Of a DNA stretch of 32,489 nucleotides, positions 1 to 8,917 are shown one piece after another; the first letter of the stretch is position 1, and the number at the start of each line of letters is the position of its first letter. Position numbers and translations under genes: made by a program. Below the pieces are notes generated by a model. It ran no database searches and had not been told where the DNA came from. It saw nothing but the letters and a program-made list of their open reading frames with translations. This DNA is from Planctomycetota bacterium. GTDB lineage: Bacteria > Planctomycetota > GCA-002687715 > CAIWVZ01. The stretch is taken from positions 1 to 32,489 of the forward strand of contig JBGANV010000016.1 of the NCBI GenBank assembly GCA_044222185.1. Reading direction: 5' to 3'.

Positions 1-110
1 TCAGCCGCAGGGCAATCAGCCGCAGGGCAATCAGCCGCAGGGCAATCAGCCGCAGGGCAATCAGCCGCAGGGCAATCAGCCGCAGGGCAATCAGCCGCAG
101 GGCAATCAGC
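1..110 (+). repeat. Perfect 15-bp tandem repeat (TCAGCCGCAGGGCAA) x7 plus 5 bp, encoding (QPQGN)n; runs off the left edge
   Basis: Read directly: 7 identical units at 1-105, then TCAGC; in frame with the ORF ending at 1546. Confidence 0.97.
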
Positions 111-1546
111 AGGAGACCCCGGAGGCCGTCAAGGATGCCGCGAAGCAGCTCCGCGACGCCGCCAACGAGCTCGAACGGGCGTCGAAAGCCCAGAAGGAAC
201 AGAACGCCGCGGGCGGGAAGCAGGCTCGCGAGGCCGCCCAGAAGAAGCTCGACGCCGCCAAGGAGAAGCTCGCAGCCCTTCAGCGTGACTTCGATCGCAA
301 GAAGGAAGAGAAGGCCAAGCTGGCGGAAGCCGAGCGCGACTTCTCCCGCAAGACCGAGGAGCTGAAGAAGGACCTCGAAAGCGTCGCCCGCGAAGGCAAC
401 GAACACGCGCAGGAGGCCAGCGACCAGGCGCAGGAGGCCGCGGCCTCCATGAATCAGGCAGCCGAGAAGATGCAGAGCGGCGAGTCGGACCCGCGCGATT
501 CTCAGTCAAGCGCCGCCGAGTCCCTCGACAAGGCGCAGGAAGCACTCGACCGCGCGCTCGGTGAGAAGAACAAGGACGAGAAGAAGGACGAAGAACGCCT
601 GAAGGATCTCGCCAAGCGCCAGGACGAGGTCGAGAAGAAGACCAAGGAACTCGCCGAGAGCCTGAAGCAGTCGTCGCCACAGGGATCGCAGAAGGCTTCG
701 CAGGCGTCGCAGAAGATGGACGAGGCCACGCGCCAGCTCCAGCGCAAGGACCCTGGCGAGGCGAACAAGGACCAGGACGAAGCCATGGACTACCTGGACC
801 AGACCCAGAAGGATCTGGAACAGGAACGCGACAAGTACACGGATCTTCAGCAGGAAGAGCTGCTCTTCTACCTGAAGTCCGAGGTCGACAAGCTCATCAC
901 GGACCAGGAAGTCATCAACAAGGAGACGTCGCGGGTCGACGGCGAGCGCACGGCCGAGGGTCGCCTGACCCGAACGCACCGCCGTGACCTGAAGACCGTG
1001 CAGGACACGCAGTCCCGCTCCATCTCCAAGGTCGACGAGATGAACGCCGCCATCAAGAAGGAGCAAGCGCTGGCCTTCACGTGGCTGTTCGATCAACTGA
1101 AGGTCGACATGAACCGCGTCGTCGAGTACCTGGAGCAGCGCGAGACCGGGCGCCTCGCGCAGTCCGTCGAGGAGGACGTCATCGCTGCTCTTCGCCAGAT
1201 GAAGACGACCCTCGAGGAGGAGGTCGACCGCCTGCGCAAGATGAAGAAGGACGAGCAGAAGCCAGACGAGTCGGAGGGCCAGCCGAAGAAGCAACCCCTC
1301 GTCTCCCCCATCGCCGAGCTCCTCCTGATTCGTCGCCTGCAGCTCGTGAACAACGACGAGACCCAGAAACTCCTGGCTCGCAAGCCCAAGTTCGAGGGCG
1401 ACGGAGATCCCGTCGAGCAGGAGATCCTCAAGCGCCTCACGCACCGCCAGAGCAGCATCCGAACGATCTTCGAACGGTTCATGAACAACGCCGGGATCCC
1501 GCCGCACGAGGGCGAGGACACCGAGCCGCCGGGGAAGGACAAATGA
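2..1546 (+). CDS. 5'-truncated large Gln/Glu/Lys-rich coiled-coil protein (planctomycete DUF4175-like)
   Basis: The frame of ORF 449..1546 appears open back to position 2 (QPQGN..., then QQETPEAVKDAAKQL...). Heptad-like Q/E/K/A composition; C-terminal PLVSPIAELLLIRRLQ motif; strong GC3 bias. Confidence 0.8.
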   Translation, partial: QPQGNQPQGNQPQGNQPQGNQPQGNQPQGNQPQGNQQETPEAVKDAAKQLRDAANELERASKAQKEQNAAGGKQAREAAQKKLDAAKEKLAALQRDFDRKKEEKAKLAEAERDFSRKTEELKKDLESVAREGNEHAQEASDQAQEAAASMNQAAEKMQSGESDPRDSQSSAAESLDKAQEALDRALGEKNKDEKKDEERLKDLAKRQDEVEKKTKELAESLKQSSPQGSQKASQASQKMDEATRQLQRKDPGEANKDQDEAMDYLDQTQKDLEQERDKYTDLQQEELLFYLKSEVDKLITDQEVINKETSRVDGERTAEGRLTRTHRRDLKTVQDTQSRSISKVDEMNAAIKKEQALAFTWLFDQLKVDMNRVVEYLEQRETGRLAQSVEEDVIAALRQMKTTLEEEVDRLRKMKKDEQKPDESEGQPKKQPLVSPIAELLLIRRLQLVNNDETQKLLARKPKFEGDGDPVEQEILKRLTHRQSSIRTIFERFMNNAGIPPHEGEDTEPPGKDK

Positions 1547-2253
1547 AGACCACGAAGCGTTCCATCTCCACGTTCGTCGCCCTGGCCGCCCTCGCGCTGA
1601 CGTTCTCGACCCGCCCGCTCGCGGCGCAGGACGAGGAGTCGAGCGATGACCCCGTCGAACTCATGAGGCAGATCCGCCGCAACATGGTCAAGATCGAAGA
1701 GGAGCTCGGGAAGATCACTCCGGCCACCGCTGGTCGCGGCGAGCAGGTGCAGAGCGACATCCTGAAGCTCCTCGAAGGCATGCAGCGTCGCCAGGGCCAG
1801 GTCGTCAAGGACATCGACGACATGATCAAGCAGCTCAAGCTGAAGGACTCCTCCAGCGGCGGCGGCGGTGGCGGCGGTGGCAAGTCGGGACAGAAGCCCA
1901 GCGACTCCCAGCAGAACGGGAAGAACTCCAAGCCCCGCGATCGAAACAAGCCCGACAAGCCGAATGGCGGCCAGAAGAAGCCTTCCGGCAAGGACCAGAA
2001 GAAGGGCGGCGGCCAGCCGGAGGACAACTCCGGCAAGGAGAAGGACAAGGGCGAGAACACGGAAAACCAGAACCTGCCTCCCGAGGGTCCGCGCGAGAAG
2101 ATCAAGCAGGATCTGATCAACCAGATCTGGGGCAACCTCCCGAAGGAGCTCCGCCAGAAACTCGTGGACCGCAACTTCGACGAAGTCACGCCCGAGTACG
2201 AAGGCGAGGTCGTCGAGTACTTCAAGAAGACGAACACGCCGAAGAAGAACTGA
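1543..2253 (+). CDS. Exported hypothetical protein with G/S/K/Q-rich linker and C-terminal WGNLP...PEY...VVEYFK motif
   Basis: ATGA overlap with the upstream stop (1543-1546); signal peptide MKTTKRSISTFVALAALALTFSTRPLAA-QD; poly-Gly tract. Confidence 0.85.
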   Translation: MKTTKRSISTFVALAALALTFSTRPLAAQDEESSDDPVELMRQIRRNMVKIEEELGKITPATAGRGEQVQSDILKLLEGMQRRQGQVVKDIDDMIKQLKLKDSSSGGGGGGGGKSGQKPSDSQQNGKNSKPRDRNKPDKPNGGQKKPSGKDQKKGGGQPEDNSGKEKDKGENTENQNLPPEGPREKIKQDLINQIWGNLPKELRQKLVDRNFDEVTPEYEGEVVEYFKKTNTPKKN

Positions 2254-2319
2254 CCCTCGGCGCCCCGAGATCGCGCTTCGAGCCGTGCCCGACATTCGCA
2301 TCGTGCACGGCTCGTTCTC

Positions 2320-2335
2320 TACAATCGCGGCCATG
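2320..2335 (+). promoter_or_regulatory. Putative -10 element (TACAAT) 7 nt before ATG 2333; leaderless-type start
   Basis: TACAAT at 2320-2325, then CGCGGCC, then in-frame ATG; no Shine-Dalgarno. Confidence 0.5.
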
Positions 2336-5173
2336 CATGCGGCGATGCTGGCGGCCCGCGCCACCCTGGCGGCCATGGCGATCGCGACGAGCGGGCGGAC
2401 TCAGGAACCGGAGAGCCCCGCCCGGTTTCGGGCCACGCTGGAGGCGGCAACCGCGCGAGTCACGGTCGACGTCGCCGGAGCATTCGACAAGCGCGGCAAC
2501 GACGTGTTCGACGTCCTCGTCACCGCCATCGACACCGATGGTGCCGCGATCGGCGGGGCCCAACGCCTCGCCAGCCTGTTGCCTGGCCCGGAGAAGGCCG
2601 GGCTCACGACGCTCTTGACGGAGCTCGCGGCCGCCGAGCCGAAAACGCGCGCCGCATTCGCCGACGCCGTTCGCGCGCTCGCGAACCTGGAAGCTGCACT
2701 CGCCGACCGGCGAAGCCCCCGCAAGTTGCTCGCGGAGCGCCACGCGGCGCTCACCGCGTGTCTGGACGCCGAACCTCACGCCTGGATTCGCGCTCGCGCG
2801 AGCCTGGTGGCCGCACTCATGGCAGTCGACGGTGACCTCGCGTCCCAGGCGGCGCCGCTCTCCGCCGCCGCCGCCGTGTTCGACGAGGCGCACGACCGAT
2901 TCCACCTCGCCCTCACGTCCGTGTTGTGGTCGAAGGCACTCGTCGACGCCGGTGAGTGTCGCCGCGCGATCCGGATGCGGGACGACGCTCAAGCCCTCAT
3001 CGCCGCGCTCAAGTGCCAGATGGAACGGCCGGGCCTCGTTTCCGCCGTGCTCGCGCGCACGGACGCTTCCGTGGCCAGGCGACTGTTCGACGACGGCTGG
3101 GACGAGCCCGCGTTGGTCGCCGCGCAACGGACCCGAGCCGTCGCCAGGCTCCAGGATCCGGATCAAGAATCGGACGCGGCGATCCTCTTCGCCTGGATCA
3201 TGATCGAACGACGCAGTTACGCCGCGGCGCTCGAGGTCCTCAAGCCGCAACAGCCGCGGCTCTCGGACGACGCACCACCCGACATCCGCCTGCGCCTGGC
3301 GACCGTGCTCGGAACGGCCATGCGCCTGTCCGGGCGCGTCGAGTCCGCGACCGACGTCCTTCGAAAGACGCTGGCCAGGACCGCGACCTCGAAAGCTGAC
3401 GCTCGCGCGGAAGTCCTGGCGCGGTTCACCCTGGGGCTTTGCCTCGCCCAGTCCAAGCAGGCCGAGGCCGCGAGCGAGGCCTTCGACGCCGTCGCCGCGA
3501 AGGCTGCCTCCGCGGGGATCGCGCCGCTGGGCCGCGCCGCGATGATGAACCGGGCCATCCTGCAGCTCTTGACCAACAACCCCGACCAGGCAGCAAAAGG
3601 AATGGCCGCGGCCGTGGCCACGTCGGCCGGCGGAGCGACACTCGACCGCATCCAGGGTTGCGGACCGCTGCTCGTCTACGCCGACCTGCTGGTCGACGCC
3701 GGGAAGCCGGGCGACGCAATGCCCTGGCTTCGCATGGCGGCGGGAGTCTCCGAGGAGATCGGCCTCTCTCTCGACGAGCTCCGGATGCCGGCCGGGGCGG
3801 TGATCCCTCCCAGCCGCGTTCCACTCCCCGCGCGCCTCGCGGCGACGATCACGGCCTCGGACCTCAAGCCCGATTGGTCGACTCTCGAACCGGCGTTTCT
3901 CGCGGCCGAAACGCCGGCGTTCGACGTCGTGTCCAGGCTGGGGGCTGCGGACGCCGCAGCCTCGGAGACCCGCGACCGGGCCGACGAGTCGCGGCGGAAA
4001 TTCACCCGCATCCTGCGCGCACTCGCCGGACTCCGGCCGCCGATCGCGGAAGCGGAGGCCGCCGCGATCGTTCGCGAACGGGCCGCCGTCGTGGATGAGG
4101 TGTGGACCCAGGACCCGGCGTTTGCGACGCGCGCATTCCCCCGATTCCCGTCACTCGAACGCGCGCGGTCGCAGTACTGCGGATACGACGGCGCCATCTT
4201 CCACGCGGTGTTCTCCTCGGCCGGGTCGTACGTCCTGGCCTTCTCTCGCAACCAGCTCGCGTTCAGGTTCATCCCGCCGTCGACTCCGATCCTCGACATG
4301 GTGGCGAAGTATCGCACCGTGCTGCGAGACCCGTCGTCCTCACCCGCCGCGTTCGTCGCGGCCGCGGGTCCTCTCTACGACAGCCTCATCACGCCGTTGA
4401 CGGACGTGCTCGACGGCAGGACGTGGATGGCCGTCTACTTCGACCCGGCATTGGATGACATCCCAATCGAGTGCCTCGTTCCCACCGGCACCGCGGCCAC
4501 CTCGTGGGCGAACCTCCCCTACCTGATGAACACGGTCGCGATCGGGCGAATCCCGACCGCCGGCCGCACGCTCGCACCGCGCAATCGACGACCGACCAGC
4601 TGGCTCGATGAGGTCCGACTCGTCGCGGTGCAAGGCGGGGGTGCGCCAGAAGTCCTGGAGGGTGCCCGACAATTCGATCCAGCGCTCACGGCGGCGTCAC
4701 CTCGCGGGGATCGCGCCCTGGTCGTGACGCGGGAGGAGTACTGCGCACCAACGGCGCTCGCCGAATCTCGCCATCCCAGGGCGTTCCCTCCGGGCGGCGT
4801 TCTGTGGTTCGGGCCGGGGTTCCCGCAGGCGTCGTGCGAATGGCCGGCGGGGTCGACTCCGGGGCTCGTCGTGTCGTCCGACTTCCTCCGACCGCAGTTC
4901 AACGGCGACGATCTCACCATGCGCATGATCGGGAAGGGCGCGCGCGCCGTGATCGCACCCCGCGCCCCCATGGATGCGGAACTGGTCGACGGCCTCCTGC
5001 GGACCACGTTCCTCGGGCTCGCCGAACAGAGCGTCGGACCGATCCAGGCCCTCGCACGTGCGAAGCAGGCGCTTCTGGGCGGGCGGATGAAGTCCGCAGC
5101 GGGGACCGGAAAGGCGGAGTGGAAGCACCCCGCCGTCTGGACGGCGCTCGAGGCCTGGGTGGCACGGCCCTGA
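2333..5173 (+). CDS. TPR-like helical repeat protein with C-terminal degenerate CHAT (caspase/HetF-like) domain
   Basis: CHAT landmarks LYDSLITPL, LDDIPIECL, GARAVIA, ALARAKQALL, HPAVWTAL; Ala/Leu-rich helical N-terminal part. Start moved from 2285 to ATG 2333. Confidence 0.72.
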   Translation: MHAAMLAARATLAAMAIATSGRTQEPESPARFRATLEAATARVTVDVAGAFDKRGNDVFDVLVTAIDTDGAAIGGAQRLASLLPGPEKAGLTTLLTELAAAEPKTRAAFADAVRALANLEAALADRRSPRKLLAERHAALTACLDAEPHAWIRARASLVAALMAVDGDLASQAAPLSAAAAVFDEAHDRFHLALTSVLWSKALVDAGECRRAIRMRDDAQALIAALKCQMERPGLVSAVLARTDASVARRLFDDGWDEPALVAAQRTRAVARLQDPDQESDAAILFAWIMIERRSYAAALEVLKPQQPRLSDDAPPDIRLRLATVLGTAMRLSGRVESATDVLRKTLARTATSKADARAEVLARFTLGLCLAQSKQAEAASEAFDAVAAKAASAGIAPLGRAAMMNRAILQLLTNNPDQAAKGMAAAVATSAGGATLDRIQGCGPLLVYADLLVDAGKPGDAMPWLRMAAGVSEEIGLSLDELRMPAGAVIPPSRVPLPARLAATITASDLKPDWSTLEPAFLAAETPAFDVVSRLGAADAAASETRDRADESRRKFTRILRALAGLRPPIAEAEAAAIVRERAAVVDEVWTQDPAFATRAFPRFPSLERARSQYCGYDGAIFHAVFSSAGSYVLAFSRNQLAFRFIPPSTPILDMVAKYRTVLRDPSSSPAAFVAAAGPLYDSLITPLTDVLDGRTWMAVYFDPALDDIPIECLVPTGTAATSWANLPYLMNTVAIGRIPTAGRTLAPRNRRPTSWLDEVRLVAVQGGGAPEVLEGARQFDPALTAASPRGDRALVVTREEYCAPTALAESRHPRAFPPGGVLWFGPGFPQASCEWPAGSTPGLVVSSDFLRPQFNGDDLTMRMIGKGARAVIAPRAPMDAELVDGLLRTTFLGLAEQSVGPIQALARAKQALLGGRMKSAAGTGKAEWKHPAVWTALEAWVARP

Positions 5174-5189
5174 ATCGGACGCCGCTGGT

Positions 5190-6395
5190 TCACTGCGCGG
5201 CGGAGTGACTCCAGCTCATGATGCGCACGGTCGATGCCGTGCCCGCGGCCGGCAGGCCCCCGAGCACGCTCGAGCTGTACTTGATCGTGGCGTTTCCGTT
5301 TCCGTAAGCGTTGCCGATGGCTTGATTGCCGAACGACATGATGGCGCCGACGAGAGCGAAATCGCCGTTCAGGTGCTCCATGTAATCGCAAAGCAGCACG
5401 CCCTTGAAGGCGCCGTGAACGTTCTTCATCAGGGCATCACCGGTCGCGCTGTGGTGGACGATCACGGATGGAGAGGCATTCAGCGTCGACCCCAGGTTCA
5501 CGGGCAGCCAGGTCGGGAAATCCGCGTAGATGATCTTGCTGCTCGGCATGACCCCGCCGTTCGCCGCGAGCCAGGTGTCGAACTGCGCCTGCGTGGAGAA
5601 GTACGTCCCGGCGGCTTGGGCGGCGGCCCGCAGCGTCCCGGGTGCCAGGTGCAACATGACGTCCGGCGTCGTCGGGTAGGAGTTCGTGTCCTCGTCCGTC
5701 TTGCCGTCGTGGTCGTTGTCGATGCCGTCGAATGCCTCCTCGTCGACGAGGCCGTCGCCGTCGTTGTTGGCACTGTCGGACCAGTTCGCATTCGGCTCGA
5801 CCGTCGTGGCCGGCGGCGGCTTCGCTGGTGCGATTCCCTTGCCGCCGACCTTGGCATTGCCCTGGTTCAGGATCGACATCACGCTCGAGATCCCGAACGT
5901 CCCGGGCGAGAGAATCGCCGTGCCGGAGGAGTTCCAATCGCGGCCGTCGACGACGATGCTCCCCGTCACCGTCACGGGGCCATTCGACGTGATGGCCGCG
6001 CGAGCCGGGAACGTGTAGGTCCCCGTCGGGGTTCGCTCGACGAGGGCGTCGGCGCCGGCCCGAGCCCGCAGGAGTACGGCGACCGAATGAAGGCGATAGA
6101 GGTTCCCACCGAGGTCGGAACTCGTCACGGTGATCGTCCGCCCGTCGGTCCCGGTCATGGAGATGGTCCCGAGCCCGTCACCCCCGGCGTCGACACCGCT
6201 CTTGATCTCGGCCATCGCGCGATGCAGGCCCTCCTCGGCGGCGAGGCGCGCCTCGGAGGTCTCCAACTCACGGGCCGAAACCTCGATTCCGCCGACGCTC
6301 GCCGTGTGGAACGCGGACGCGAGCCCGAACATGATCACGGTGATGAGGATTGCGCTCACGAGAGCCGTTCCGCGTTCGTCAGAACGGGGGTTCAT
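5190..6395 (-). CDS. PilX-like minor pilin with large C-terminal domain
   Basis: N-terminus ERG-TALVSAILITVIMFGL (class III leader without Glu5) followed by ARLAAEEGL, typical of PilX_N; last gene of the pilin cluster. Confidence 0.75.
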   Translation of the reverse strand: MNPRSDERGTALVSAILITVIMFGLASAFHTASVGGIEVSARELETSEARLAAEEGLHRAMAEIKSGVDAGGDGLGTISMTGTDGRTITVTSSDLGGNLYRLHSVAVLLRARAGADALVERTPTGTYTFPARAAITSNGPVTVTGSIVVDGRDWNSSGTAILSPGTFGISSVMSILNQGNAKVGGKGIAPAKPPPATTVEPNANWSDSANNDGDGLVDEEAFDGIDNDHDGKTDEDTNSYPTTPDVMLHLAPGTLRAAAQAAGTYFSTQAQFDTWLAANGGVMPSSKIIYADFPTWLPVNLGSTLNASPSVIVHHSATGDALMKNVHGAFKGVLLCDYMEHLNGDFALVGAIMSFGNQAIGNAYGNGNATIKYSSSVLGGLPAAGTASTVRIMSWSHSAAQ

Positions 6396-6988
6396 GGCTT
6401 GTCACCTCTCTGGGCGTCGACCGGTGGCAGGCGCAGAACCAGGCTGATCGCCGTCGCCACGGCAGCCTCGTCCACGGTCGGATCCGCCTGCTGCCGCGGC
6501 GTCGTGGCGCGGAGCAGGCTGGCCGTCTCGAAACCGGGAGGCAGTCCGCCCTTGTCGGCCGCCCGCGTCATGGTGTCGCGGAGCGCCGCGTCATCGTTTC
6601 GTTGCGTGGCGACGTCGCGGACGAGCGCGGCGTAGCGGTCGAAGTCGGCCCGCGTCATCGCCTGCTCGAACAGGGCCTGATCCAGTTCGCGGCTTCGACC
6701 GCCGCTTCCGAGCAGGATTGCAGCCGGGATCTCGCCGGCATGGTGCGTGGCGATCTCGTTCCAGCGATCGACGCCTTCCGCCCGTCCAAGCACCGGGAGC
6801 GGAGGGTGGACGACGCGAAACGCCCGGCTCGCCGGGGCAGGCACGCCCATGAGGCAGACCATGCCGACCACGGCACAACCGGCGATGCGCTCACGCCACG
6901 AGCAGGCGCGAAGCCGCCGCCAGGCCCGCCGAAGCAGCGGGGGCGAATTGCGTGGGCGAATGACCCTGATCGGGGCGTCTTCGCTCAC
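6392..6988 (-). CDS. Hypothetical membrane-anchored protein within the pilin cluster
   Basis: 3' part of ORF 6392..7627; probable GTG start at 6988 (uncertain); Arg-rich stretch then hydrophobic IAGCAVVGMVCLMGV; stop overlaps the PilX-like start by 4 bp. Confidence 0.55.
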   Translation of the reverse strand: MSEDAPIRVIRPRNSPPLLRRAWRRLRACSWRERIAGCAVVGMVCLMGVPAPASRAFRVVHPPLPVLGRAEGVDRWNEIATHHAGEIPAAILLGSGGRSRELDQALFEQAMTRADFDRYAALVRDVATQRNDDAALRDTMTRAADKGGLPPGFETASLLRATTPRQQADPTVDEAAVATAISLVLRLPPVDAQRGDKP

Positions 6989-7035
6989 GTCCCAGGGCTC
7001 GTCCCGCGCGCGCTCGCGATTTCCGCGGCGGCCTT

Positions 7036-8250
7036 TCAGTTGCGAGTCATCAAGCTGAACGACTCGATGTGGTGCTGCCATTGTTCGCTCTCCGCCTCGG
7101 CCCGTGCCGTCGAACCAACGGTGATACGGACCACTCGGGGATCCGATACACCTCGCGGGTTCGTCGACGAGGACCAGGGGCTCGATGCCGACGTCGAGAC
7201 GGCAAATTCGGTGAGTTGCCGCACGATGGTGCGGGGCGTCCGCGTGAAAGCGCGCTCTGCGCGCCACCTCAAGCTCGCGCTCTGGTAATGCTGTACGAGG
7301 AACGTCGTCGCTCCGGTCGCGAGATTGATCTGGAGCGAGAGCGTGCGCCAGGGGTAGCTCGTGCTCGACCCCAGCGACTTGTAGATGACGAGCGAAGGTT
7401 GGCCGTTGACGGTGCCCGACACGAAGAGCTCCATGGACGCATCGCTGCCCGTGCGCGTCCGCGGGACGCTCCCATCGGGAACCCCGTTCGTCGTGCCGTC
7501 GGTTCCGAAGTCCATGAGATTCACCATCGTGGGCGAGACGGGATCGAAGAGCGTCCACGTCCCCGTCACGGTCGCGGGCACGGAGAGCAGGTCGGAGACG
7601 TACACGTCGTAGCGACGCAGCTCGCAAAGCCCATCGGTCGTGGCGTACGGGAAGTAGATGACCATCCCAAGCCAGCGCGGGCGCCCGCTGGCATCGACGG
7701 ACAGGACTCCGTCAGAGGTCCGAGGTATGAACAGCCGAACACCGTCGAGCCGAGGTGCCGACGCGAGGACGCTCCCGTCCAGTGGACACCGGGACAAGCT
7801 ACCGGGCCAAACCTTGCCCCGAGCGACGGGGCTCAGGCTCGATCCGTTGCGGTACTCGAATCCACAGTCGTACCGGAGCGTGTCCACCAGGAGGCTCGTC
7901 GTCGTGTGGAACTTGCACGTCGCGCTCGGACACTGCCTGAGCGTGGTGCCCGGAACGAGGAATCGGTCCGACTCCTGGCTGAACGAGATCAGCCCGGCGA
8001 CGGTGTAGTGGGTTCGCGTCGACGTGTCGACGAACGCCATCTTCGATTCCGTGATGGGATCGAACATCGTCGCCAGGGCGTTCCGCGTGTTCGCCTCGAC
8101 CATGTTCTCCGTGACACCGGAATGGGTGTGACTCAGCGCCCGACTGAACATCTCGGAGGCGGCGACGAAGCCGATCGAGACGACCGCCATGGCGATCATC
8201 GTCTCGACGAGAGTGAGGCCGGACTCGGATCTGAAGGTGGGTCGGGTCAC
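7036..8250 (-). CDS. PilW/PulJ-like protein with prepilin N-terminal cleavage/methylation motif
   Basis: SG-LTLVETMIAMAVVSIGF (Gly-1, Glu5, hydrophobic helix); C-terminal VVRITV...SLMTRN resembles PilW-like ends; GTGA overlap with the upstream gene. Confidence 0.82.
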   Translation of the reverse strand: MTRPTFRSESGLTLVETMIAMAVVSIGFVAASEMFSRALSHTHSGVTENMVEANTRNALATMFDPITESKMAFVDTSTRTHYTVAGLISFSQESDRFLVPGTTLRQCPSATCKFHTTTSLLVDTLRYDCGFEYRNGSSLSPVARGKVWPGSLSRCPLDGSVLASAPRLDGVRLFIPRTSDGVLSVDASGRPRWLGMVIYFPYATTDGLCELRRYDVYVSDLLSVPATVTGTWTLFDPVSPTMVNLMDFGTDGTTNGVPDGSVPRTRTGSDASMELFVSGTVNGQPSLVIYKSLGSSTSYPWRTLSLQINLATGATTFLVQHYQSASLRWRAERAFTRTPRTIVRQLTEFAVSTSASSPWSSSTNPRGVSDPRVVRITVGSTARAEAESEQWQHHIESFSLMTRN

Positions 8251-8720
8251 GGCTTCACCTCCGTCACGACCATGGGAAGCGCGAACGTCCGCGCGCCTCG
8301 CGTGCCTAGCCAGCGGATCGTCACCGTGATGACGATCCGGTTGTGGTCCGTTGCGTCGATCGCGACGGATCCCTGTGGATCGGGCTGACCCGTCTGACCG
8401 ATCGTCGGGCGCAGCTCAGCGACGGCGAACGTCGCCTTGGAACTCTGAGCCCAGTAGGAAACGAGGTTGTCGATGTTGCCTGCGTAGTCGTAGGCGAGGA
8501 CGGTCTCCATCTTGCTGACGGCGGCTCGAAGGGCGACCGATCGCTCCTTCAATTCCTTGTCGATGACCGTCGACGCGACGAGCGTGCTCAGCGCGGACGT
8601 CGTCGCCACGGTGAGCACCATGATGGCGATCGTGACCTCGACGAGCGTGACGCCGGCGTCGGAACGTCGCGGGCGGGTCACTGGCGGGAGGCCGCGCCGT
8701 CGCCGAGTCAGGCTGAACAT
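8247..8720 (-). CDS. PilV-like minor pilin
   Basis: AG-VTLVEVTIAIMVLTVA prepilin motif; C-terminal ITVTIRW; ATG at 8720 with GAGG upstream. Confidence 0.82.
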   Translation of the reverse strand: MFSLTRRRRGLPPVTRPRRSDAGVTLVEVTIAIMVLTVATTSALSTLVASTVIDKELKERSVALRAAVSKMETVLAYDYAGNIDNLVSYWAQSSKATFAVAELRPTIGQTGQPDPQGSVAIDATDHNRIVITVTIRWLGTRGARTFALPMVVTEVKP

Positions 8721-8917
8721 CGTGCTGGCACCTCGCTCTGTTCCGAGGGGGGTCAATGAGACGACACGACCTGTATCGTTTCGAAACGGCTGATGCCTTG
8801 AGGTGACGACGGTGTATCGAGAGCGATCCGTTTCCGGCCCGGCGGAAAAGGTTCTCCGCCCTCGTCGTTGGCGGGCGACGAGGAAGACGCGCGCCGAGAT
8901 CGAGTACCTCGGGCAGA

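Noticed and set aside
1-110. CRISPR array
   Set aside because: Contiguous identical 15-mers with no spacers, in frame within a CDS; no cas genes in the window
2333-5173. Craspase-type or other CHAT defence system
   Set aside because: No Cas7-11, gasdermin or similar partner in the window, and the catalytic dyad appears absent
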